Assembly: GCA_000708835.1 (NCBI GenBank)
Contig: DF237040.1
Location: forward strand, 1 to 64,000
Source of the DNA: Klebsormidium nitens
Taxonomy: Eukaryota; Plantae; Klebsormidiophyceae
Length of the DNA stretch: 64,000 nucleotides
Direction: 5' to 3'
Of the stretch, positions 50,523 through 60,781 are shown one piece after another. A program made the translations under genes and the position numbers. Under the pieces are notes generated by a model. It was not told the origin of the DNA. It saw only the letters and a program-made list of their open reading frames with translations, and ran no database searches. Each line of letters starts with the position of its first letter. The first letter of the stretch is position 1.

Positions 50523-52895
50523 TTATCGTCGTTTGTGTCGGCGGCAACCTCCCGTCGCGTATGTGCGACAGCAAGCACCGCAAGCCAGACGCACACAAGC
50601 ATCTGAGCCCGTGTTATTGCATTTCGTCCCGTCTGCGCTGCCGGGACACACTAGTTGCGATGCTCTGCTTGCCCGCTTTTCCGCCACCTCTAGTTGCCGT
50701 CGAGCCTTCCGTTCAGCTTCTCGTGCCTCGTGCTCTGCCTTGCGCTTGGCCTTCTCCCTATTTTGCGCCGCTTGCTCTGCGGCCCTCTTTTCCTCCACCT
50801 CTAGCCATTTCTGCCGCACGCTTTTGACGGTCTCCTCCAGCGACCTGTTAGGATCCTGCAGACGACCAAACGGAACTCGTCGGGATCTGCTTTATTGGAT
50901 GTTAGATGCGACTCGAGAGGAAGATTTGAGATTGAGTCCTTTCCAGGATCTAACTAAAGACATATGGTCGAAAAGCTTCAACATCAGAAGAACAGCTCGA
51001 GCTGATAACGAAGTATTTACAAAGCAGCTTGCATCTGACTTCGCACCTATTTTCAGCTTGATTTTGCATGTAATGACGCTCTCGAAACGAGAAATAATGG
51101 CCAGACACGAGCAGATCTTGGTCAGTGCAGTGCACTCATGACTCCAAAAAAGCTATGTCATCAGAACGAACCCTCCAGACTTGAAATTGGGGCCAGAATT
51201 CTTACCTCCGAAAATGTGACTAGAAGAAACTAATCGATTGTTACGTTGTTGAATCACAAGTCCAGATTGGTGTCGTGAAAGCAGCATATCAAGTCCACCC
51301 GAGCACACTTTACGTTGACTCAAACACTTCTGACGATCTTCCAGCATGAGCTTACCTTGACAAAGCTGTACACTGCCTCCGGTTTTGGCCACGCCCCACC
51401 GCGCTTGCACACGCCAGCCTCCTCAAGCGCTCCCTCAATCACAGCCTTCCGATGCGCTTCCATCTCCTCGAGTCTGTGCATGACCTGTTCTCCGATGGAG
51501 TTCAGTCGTTTCAGGTTTCTGACCGTTCGCAAAACCATTTGAGCACTCACCGTGTTTCGACTGAGATAAGTAGCAAGAATCCCCACCCGGTCGTTGGGCA
51601 CTGCTGTCAAAAGGTCCATCACTATGTCTATTTCTTCGACTGGAACCTCCCAGAAAGGGGTGTCAAAATCCTCCTCCTCTTCAGCTTCTGAGTCAGAGTC
51701 TGACTTAGGTGACTCTCTCAAAGCCGTCCTCAAAATCCTTCATGACCTTGCAAGTCAGTCTCGCTATTTCTGGTATACCATTGATGAGTTCCGGCATCGT
51801 TTGCAACCTTGCTAAGGGGCGGAGCTCTTCTAATGTATCCTCCTCATTAGAGGTTTCGTACTCTGTCTCATCTGCCAAGCGCTGCAGCTTTTGCGACACC
51901 GTGAAAGCGCCAAGATGCTTTCGGAAGTCTATTTCATCGTCGCCATCCAGCTCGTCTTCAAAGGTCGCTACCAATGCATTAAACACCTTGAACGTCTCTA
52001 CCAACAGCTCCTCCCCGGATCCTGCCATCGGCTTGTGCTGAAGAATCTCAATGCAGTCCCCATAGTAGTTGATTACAAATGTCAAATGTCCTTCCCCACA
52101 GACATTACCAGTGATCCGCTCAAAGGTCTCCGATGAGAAGTCCCTGAAAATTTCCAGGAATTCAGACACTCCCTCACTGCAGGGAGCCAGGTTGTCCTCA
52201 AAGAAAGCATTCCCTGAGAGCTCGAACAAGGGGGCACCGCAGAAAGCGCATTTCTCCTTGGCACTCTCCTGCATGCTCTGCTGTTCCTGGGGCGATGCTT
52301 CCAGGTACCTGCTCGCCTTTGACTGCTTTGCAATCGCTGAGTTCGGAAAGTCCTGAACCAGGCCCCGGCATGCGCCCAAAGGCAAATCCTCATCTTCGTC
52401 CTCTGAGGGGTGCTCACAAACTCGTGTGACAAACAGGGGGTCCTGTCGGAACTGCGCCTTCAGCCGCAACTCCTTTGCCACTGCAGGTCCAGTCTGAAAG
52501 CCGCCAGCTTCCTGCTGCACGTGGCCCAGTGAGTCCGAGCAGCTCACATTACCCTCAGAAGCCTCCCAGCAATCTGACGGACGACGCAAGTCTGGGCAAT
52601 AAAGCAAGAACTTGAAAACCTCTAGCCAGCCTCCGGGGGGCTGGCTAGAAGCTCCATACCCCATGCACTCGCACAATGCTGGAGCCTCCTCCAAGCAAAG
52701 CTGCTGCAAAGTTTCTTCCTGCATTATGTTCCGCCAGGCTTTGCACACGCTGGGGAGTGCTGCCAAGTGCATGGGGCTGGGGCCAAGTTTGAGGAAGATG
52801 ACATTGAGCAATTCCGGGCCCAGGTCTTGAATGCTGTGTGTGCCAGCAGAAGCGCCCCCAAACACGCTGCGAGCCAGGCGCTTGATCAATTTCAT
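50523..52895 (-). CDS. EID1-like F-box copy E; exon 1 52895-51356 with a frameshift in a GA repeat near 51715, exon 2 50855-50523 (coiled coil plus zinc finger)
   Basis: ORFs 51705..52895 and 51320..51733 join across GAGAGAG. The donor FVK|GTAAGC joins CAG|DPNRSLEETV...CPGSADGTKCNNTGSDACVRLACGACCRTYATGGCRRHKRR*. Confidence 0.85.
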
Positions 52896-53558
52896 TGTGA
52901 GGGAACTTTCAAGTCACTGGTTGAGAGTACACAATTGCAAAGACACCACCGCTGGAGCCCGCAGACAACAGGAGGCGCTAGGCGCTCTTGGTTTACCGTC
53001 AGCTGACCACATTGCCTGACTGTGATATGTAGCCTGATATCAATAGGCTTAGCAGCTAAGCTCGCTCAGCTGCGCTCAGCTGCCTGAACAGGCATGCAGC
53101 TCGTTGAGAGCACTCCCTCATCAGCAACTTGACCCTGTATGATGAAATCAAACCCGATACGTGGCATGGAGGCGGGCATTTTCACCGGGCATCTTTTACC
53201 CGTATAACATTATTCCCCGAGGAAGGGCTCCAAGGCATCAATCAATGTCCCCTTTGCATAACAGGGAAGGTTAAGTTTAACCCGACATGCGCCCTAGCTG
53301 CAGGAGCCCTTCCTAGCTGCAGCCCTTCGCATCTGCCATATGACCTTGATTCTGAACTTTGAAGATTGTGCTGAGCAGCTGAAGTCTGTGCTCAGAATCT
53401 CAAGGTTACGAAAGATTGCAGCGCGTTGCCTGCGTCCTGGCAGGCCCTTCTTTTCCTGTAGCCACCACGCTTTTCTGGTCTCGTGGTTGATGCACACCAA
53501 TCCAGGCAGAAGCGAAGCGCTGAAGGCTGCAGTTTGCGTCACTGGAGGGTCCAGCGCA

Positions 53559-56025
53559 ATGGCTTCAAAGCGCGTGACTCGCAGCGTGGCGCGGCAAGAC
53601 TCAGCCGCCGCCACAGGCATCTCCGACATAGGCCCAGAGTTGCTCAATCTTGTACTCACCAAGCTCGCACCCAGCCCTCTGAACTTGGCCGCAGTCCCCT
53701 GTGTTTGCAAAGCCTGGCGCAGAATAATGCAGGAGCAGACTTGGCAGCAACTCTGCCTGGAGATTGCTCCGGGGTTGTGCAGAGCGCTGGGGTATGATGC
53801 AGCTAGTCAGCCTCCTGGTGGCTGGGCGGCAATGTACAAGCTCCTCTTTTTCTGCCCGGCCCATTTCCACATGTCCTGGTACTTTGACGGGTGGAGCTCC
53901 CTAGGGCACGTACAGACACAGTCCACCGGCTTCCTGACAGGGGCGGAGATTGCCGCAGAGTTGCGCTTGAAAGATCGGTTCAAAAGAGTTGTCCTGTTTG
54001 TCAGCCGACCGTGCTTTCACGGAGATGAGATAGGAGCCCGGCATGCAACACGGGTGCACACCTGCCAGGGCCTGCTTCAGGATGTTGCCAAGTCAGCCCT
54101 TGCGAAACGGGCGGGGGCAAGGGAGTACTCGCAAGCACCTCCCGAGTTGCAGCAGAGGATGCGAGAGTTAGCGAGCGACCGCTGTCAGTACTGTCAAGCG
54201 GCTTTATATGAGCTTGAGTCCAGGGTCCTGGCTGATAGAGAGTGTTCTTCCTCGGAGGACATGGACTCGGACGAGGAGGGGCTAGAGGGGTTCGACTTCA
54301 GCGGTCATGTGTGTGGGAACGGGCACGTTATGCTTGAGATCCTGGGTAATCTGGGCGAGACGCCATTTTCCGGTGCAGAGTCAGTGCGTGAAGTCGAGGA
54401 AGGTCGTCCTGTAGAAACTAGTAAAGTGAAGAAAGAGCTGTGTGGACTCTTTGGGTCGGACCCAAATGCTGAGTTTGAACGCAAGCTGTGGAACACTTTG
54501 GACGCTTTCTCTATGTTCAGGAAGCTGGAGTGCTTAGAGCGAGAGTTTCAGGAGAGTGGATTGAAAGATGAGATCTGTGAGGACACAGATGAGGATGGCG
54601 AGGAGCGAATAGTGCACAGCCCGCGGCATCGGATTCCTTGAGAGGGCGTCAGGTGTTGGCTGACTTGGAGCAAGAATGGTATGACATGGAGAAGCAGGTT
54701 GTCAGCACTGTTGAAGCTTTTGAGAGGGACCTTGATGAGGACTCAGAACCGGTTTTAGGGGCTGATACAGAATCTGTCAGGGAGTCTGGTCCATACTGGG
54801 AGGTTTCGGCTAGTGAAATTCAGTGCGTCAGGAAACTCCTGAACGTTGAGCCCCACTGTACGGATATCTTCGCCAGATTCCTGGCCGGGAGTTGCAAGCG
54901 GAGTGCTAGCGTGGTTTTGGACACAGTGAAGAGGCTGAAACTGCTGAACTCGCCCCAAGAGCAGATTAGGAGTGAACTGCAAGCGATCCGGGAAAAGAGG
55001 GGGGATGAGGTTGGAGCAGCGCTGCGAGTTGCTGGATTACCCGAGGGATCTTACTCGAACCCTTGGCCGGATTATGAGTCCGTTCGCAAATACATCTATA
55101 CGGTGAGTCGTTGTGAGCTGCCGTATTTTGTGTGATTGCACTTGTGGGACTATGACTGTCAGCATTGCTTCGGAAGAAGATGGATCTGTGGCACCCAGCG
55201 GAGAAGGGACACCATCCGATCACATTGCTGTTATGTGCTGGCTCAGACTCAAGGCAGAAACGCATTTCATATGCTTTTCCGTCTGCAAATACATCAGATT
55301 GGTGAGTCGACCAGTTGTCCGATGTTCTAAGCTGTCGTCATTGGGTGACCGCACTTCTGAAACTGTGACCGTAGCTGTCAGACTTGCTTTGGACGAGTGA
55401 TGGAGTTTCCGCCACTCCAGCATAAAAAGGGACATCATCCAATAGACGATCAGGGCTGGTCTGCAAAGGAGGGCAGAACGCAATCCGTATGGATCACGCC
55501 TTTCCAATGGTTCGTTCTCACATGATTGGAGATTGAGATGTTTTTCTGTTGAACCGTGATCTGGCTGCCCGCTGGGGCGTCTCTAGGGTTTTATTAAGAG
55601 ACGTTGGACTCTGGCAGATGCTGCAAAGTTCCCTTTCAATCTATAAAGGCAGAGGTCGGGTTAGAAAGGTCGTTGAGAAGCTTTGCTATGGTCTGTCTGG
55701 CTTGCCACTTTACCGGGATTTTGACAAAAGGGCACGCTCCCTAGTCAGGTGCTTCAGAGCTTTTTCTTGACGAGAAGGCAGTCGCTAAAAACTCATTCAG
55801 AATCTGTCCACCTGAATGTGTCCCAAGTGTAAGCGACTAAAATCGGATGGACTTCTTCGTTTTTGTGTGAAGTCCGAAGACATCTCGTTGGAGGAGGTGA
55901 TCCGCTGTCAGCAGAAAGCCTTAAAAACGGCGAAGGCAAGGAAGGGCGCAGAAGGTGAGGCAAGACGCGGCGGCGGCGCTGGGAAGAAAACGACCGCGCC
56001 AAGTGGAAGGCGTAGCAAGAGGTAA
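53559..56025 (+). CDS. EID1-like F-box copy F; exon 1 53559-55102 with a -1 frameshift near 54620, exon 2 55873-56025 (basic tail)
   Basis: Close paralog of copy B. ORFs 53340..54641 and 54638..55135 are colinear with B. The donor KYIYT|GTGAGT joins SEDISLEEVI...GRRSKR*. Confidence 0.85.
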
Positions 56026-58739
56026 AAAGTAGTATGGGTCGTTGATCGACATAAGATGATGCGCACCCTCGAAGTTGGCGGGAAGTGAAAACAGCGCCAT
56101 GCGAGATGCAAAGAGACGGCAGAAAGTGTAGTCAGCCTGTGGGTACTCCGGATGTGCCTACACATGTGAGGTTGGTTTGCAATTTTCAAGCTTAGAGCCC
56201 CTTTGTCTCTTCGCTGCTTAGAAGAGTTGACTCGGCTACTGTGCCACGTACTCTGACGCCGTTGCTTTCCGGAACAACGGCTCGAACCCTTTGCTTTGTG
56301 AACATTGATGCAACATTCTATATAAACGCAAAGCATAGCATCCAGAGACATGGCCCGCCGCCAGCGCGGGCCGCGTCCAGTACACGGTTTGGTGCCTGCA
56401 AATGCTCGGTTCTGCAAACTGAAACCGGCGATAGGTATTTGATGTACAGGAATGATAAACTTGCACTGAACTAGAGTGTATATTTCTTGCAAAAAGTCGA
56501 TCTACTCGTGCTTGCGCTCAAGCGAGTGCACATCATCACTGCCCGCACAAAGTAGCTTCAATCCATATCATCGATGAAGTAATCAAATTCGTAGCTTGTA
56601 ACTCGTGGGCCGCGCAAAGTTCAATGATGCTATTTCGAGTGTGCGCTGGTCGATCGTCGATCATGATCTTAGCCCGTTAGTACCAGACGCGCGTGCACCC
56701 AATAAAGTTGGCCGGATCCGCTGACACATGGGCTCACCAAATCTGATCGACACGCGTCTAGAATCTGGACACGCCCGGCCGCGGCCGTCATGTGATCATG
56801 TCATGCCGGCGGGCGTCCGGGCTGCTATAGTATGCCGCGAAGTGCATGTAATGATGCACGAGGTTTTAGTGACTTAAGCCAGACGCAAGCCATGTCATGA
56901 GCACATGAACTTCTTTGTCGATTCATCATATACTGTATGCCACGCCTGGTTGCAACATGGACGTAAGACTTGGAATACTGATAGCATCTTGGCATGATGC
57001 ATGTGAAAGGATGCATCCACTGAGCAACCGTCCATCCAGCAGCGGCCTGGCTCCTCGCATGCTTTTAAGCTCTCGAATGGTTAGCCAACACAGATTGTCA
57101 AGGCGGAATATTCGTACTCCAATTGCATGGCCGGGGCGGATCCCATGAGCTTGGCCGCGGTGAGGGCGTATAGGTTTTTTTAATCAGCCCGGCCTGCTAG
57201 GAGCAAGTCGGGAATGGATTCATCAAGCGTGATGCGTAAAGTGCGCGCTCTTGGGGCTCAACACTTCTTGCAATTCCCATCCGCAGCAGACTCTGGAGAA
57301 CCCCCACCGGTCAATAAAGACACAACGGTGCCAACTCACAACCTGAAGATAGCAGCGTTCTCGAGTCGTTTTAACGGGATCAAAATCTCGAACTAAGAAA
57401 GCTCCTTCACTAAGATCGTTGATCTGAAAACGTATGGCATGCCCAACAGAAGTATACGCGTTCACTTGGTCCGCATGTCCACATAAAGCATAGGAAACAG
57501 ATAACGCCTCCCCGATGTACAAAGGAACAGGACATACGGAACGTGTCCATCCGTCTCTGGCTTACTATCCTGACAAAGGAAAGTAAGGCTGTGTCCCTCT
57601 ATCTATTGAAACTCTGCCTGAACAATACAAGCATTATCCTCCGACAAAACGTGACAATCCGAACTTTCTAGCGGGGGAAAACAAGGTCCGATTACTCGGT
57701 CAAGTTGGATGCTCATGCATTAGAGGCCCGTTGATAATGTTCCGCAAGCGTTCTTGACCCTCAACCCGCTTGACTTGACGTCTACGAATAACGGCGAGGC
57801 GGGGAGTCAATGGCCTTCACCGCGTCTTCGGTGGTAAACTCTCCTGCAGAAGAAGAACATTGCTGTGAGATGTCGACTCGTACAAATTAAAAGAGAGAAT
57901 CTTCAACAGCGGGCGTCTGCAGCACGTGCTTGCGCGGCGACATTCGGGTGAACCACATCGCCCTCAAGTCGCCGTGAATATCAGACGTTCTGACTTTTCG
58001 AAGCGACTTTGAAGCGATTATCTTGCGGGCAATTCGTCTCCAGGTGTGATGAGTACTTCGTACAGGCAACGACCGCAAACGCCTGACGTCGGTTGGGTGT
58101 TGGTTCAATGCCAACCCAAACCCAGTTCAAGCATATCTCTTTCTTTGTCAGTGCTTTTGAGTTTTCACAGATTACACTGAACGGGATCGCGTGAGCAATT
58201 CTCCCAAGAAAAATCCCAAGAACGAGGATGACCTTCTGGTGTCTAAATGTACTTATCGGACTTTCCCTTCCAGTCATGATTCGTCCTATTCGGGGTGAGA
58301 CGCGGATCCACAATGTAGTGACCACCAGAAGATGGCAACCAAACAAAGAAGATAGTAAGGTCGGACGATCATAAGCGACAGGGCGACTTTCTGTTGCGGG
58401 AGGCGCCCATGATGGTCGCCCTTTGTGTGGGTGCAGGCGTCCCACACCTCGAAGCAATCGAGACGAAAGTGGAAGCTCAAAAATGGCGGAATTCGAGGTA
58501 CCCGTTTGTCAATCAGGGCCGGAACCATCCCGTACTCCCTGAGGTGCGGGATGACTTTCTTGTAGAGTGGATCCGCAATTCGTCGCAAGAAAAATGCAAA
58601 GCGAGCAGAAAGAGGAAGAGGGCCTTCGACCAGGACAAGTGACCATCTTTTTGCAAAATGTCCTACTGACAACCATGGAGCCCCTCAAGGACAGTCACAA
58701 AGTTCCAGGAAAATTTGCTGGAAGGAGAGGGCGACCTAC

Positions 58740-60781
58740 CGTGGTGCAGCAGCTGCTTCGTGGTCGCCGTCTCCCTGGGCTTGAAGTAGCCCACCTTCTT
58801 GACGAAGTCGTAGACCAGCACGGCGGCCAGAACGGAGGCGCAGAAGCCGATCCCCCCGAAGGTCAGCCCGTAGACGGCGTTCGTGCGGCGCTGGTCAGGG
58901 GGGTAGTCTGCGGAGACGGTTAAGGCGAGATGGTCAAGATGGTTAGGGCTAGATGGTTAAGAATAGACAAAGATGGTTAAGGCTTAGAAATGAACATTGG
59001 AGAAAAGTCCCGGTCCTTGAGGTTATTCACCAGCTTTACCAACTTGGAAGTGATTTGGGAAAGGGAGATACGTTGGGGGTGTGACCAAGGTTCTAGACAA
59101 GTTTCTCTGAAGCAAAATCTTTTCAGGACAATCAAAAGGCTGTCTGACAGGCCGTACGACAGCTCGATGCTGAGACGGACTTTTCGAAAAGTAGAACAGG
59201 CTGCCCAGTAAGTATATGCAAATCATGAAATCCTGAACAAATGGCAGCGCTTGGCACGAAATGTTTGCCTTTTGCCAGCTGCACTTGGGCTTGTCTGACC
59301 GGCAGCTGGAACTGACAAATGATGAGATTGTACCCACAGGTTAGATCCGATCAGGGACAAACAATTGAAGGTCCGGCCGAAATCCAAAAGGCCCTCTGAT
59401 CGTTGGCTCCTGTTTGAGCCCTCTACCGAACCCAAAAACCATCAGCCAGATATCCGCTATCTCCTGAGTCAACCAATCACCAAAAATGTCCTCTCTTCTG
59501 TGTCTTCCTGCAAGTCCCTCCCTCCCTGGTGTCAGCAGGCAACGGTCCAGACGATCTCGATATCGTGCTCTGCCCGACAAAGCAATGCCCAGTCAATCAC
59601 GCTTTTCAAGGCAGAGTAGCTGACGCAATTTAGCTGACAATATCTCTTGTTAAGGATGGCGTCAGCGTATGAAGGAAGGCTCACGTGGCGGCGGCGGCGG
59701 GGGAGCCTTCTTGGGTGCGGGGGCGGGCGCTTTCTTTGGGGAGGGGCCGGGGGCTTTGGCGGGGGAAGCCACCGCCGATGTTGTGTTTGTAGCAGTACTG
59801 TTAGAAGCTGCAAAACAGAGGAGACACGTCAGCGTAGAGTGGGTAGGGCGGTCGCTTTCTATGGAGCGGGACCAATGGCTTTGGTGGGGGATGCGACCGC
59901 CGTCATTGTGTTTGTGGCGGTTCTGTTAAAGGCTGCAAGATGGGAACGACATATCAAGATGCAGTAAACGCTATTTTGATGCAAATGTAGCTTAATGTGA
60001 TGATGGGTATCTTGATATCAGAGTAGCAGGACATTCTGACATGATAACGTACATGTGCTACGATGGTCAGGTGGAAAGAGAAGACTGTCGATACCAACGT
60101 TATAGTAAAGGTAGGAAACCTAGGGCTGTGTTCAGGAAATGCATGGAAGACACAGAGGAAGAAGAGGATAGGAGTGATATAAAGGTTTTTGATCTATGAG
60201 TATGGTCAAACGGGGCTCTAATAATGAATGCATTTAAAATGATCAACGTCCCTAATCACGGCGATGCCCATGCTCTGAATCAAGTCGGACAAGAAACAGC
60301 TCCGCTTGACCAGGAATAACAAGGATGCACCAGATGCATAGGCGAAGAGTGAAAGCTTGTAGACTAGAGAGGCGGAAGGGACTGAGAGGTCTGCAGAGAG
60401 GACAGGGGTAAAACAATCCCGCGGTTTCATGCGTTGCTTCAGCAGAGTACTTCTCTTCTACTGGCTCCGCGAGACCCTTGGCAGGTTGACCTTCGCACAA
60501 AAGCTACCCAGAACCATAACTTTTTGAAAGCTTTGAGGGATTGCGCAATAGACAAGAATCGAAACCCCAACAAAGGCACAGCTTTTCATATCATGAACAA
60601 ATTGGCGATTGCCTCTGGGGAAGCTTGGAGTGAGAGCCTTACTCTGAGCATGCGATGATGGAAGGTTGGAAAGCGCAATCAGGGCCAGCAAAAGAACCAC
60701 AAGGGTCCAGGTACCTGGAAGATACGCAGGAAGAAAGTGGGTTGATTGAAGACCGTATAAACTGGAATCTTTCCCCGCCAA
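58740..60781 (-). CDS. Small type-I membrane Pro/Ala/Lys-rich (AGP/extensin-like HRGP) protein; exons 60781-60643, 59807-59685, 58907-58740; 3' end not resolved
   Basis: The spliced product reads signal peptide (WTLVVLLLALIALSNLPSSHAQ), TSNSTATNTTSAVASPAKAPGPSPKKAPAPAPKKAPPPPPPHY, TM (VYGLTFGGIGFCASVLAAVLVY), then KKVGYFKPRE. All junctions are GT-AG phase 1, and the TM exon has strong GC3 bias. Confidence 0.75.

Noticed and set aside
57200-58700. Further exons of the HRGP gene or a separate gene (ORFs 57223..57522, 57981..58457, 58286..58672)
   Set aside because: No acceptor, phase and codon-bias combination was convincing, so it is left unannotated.
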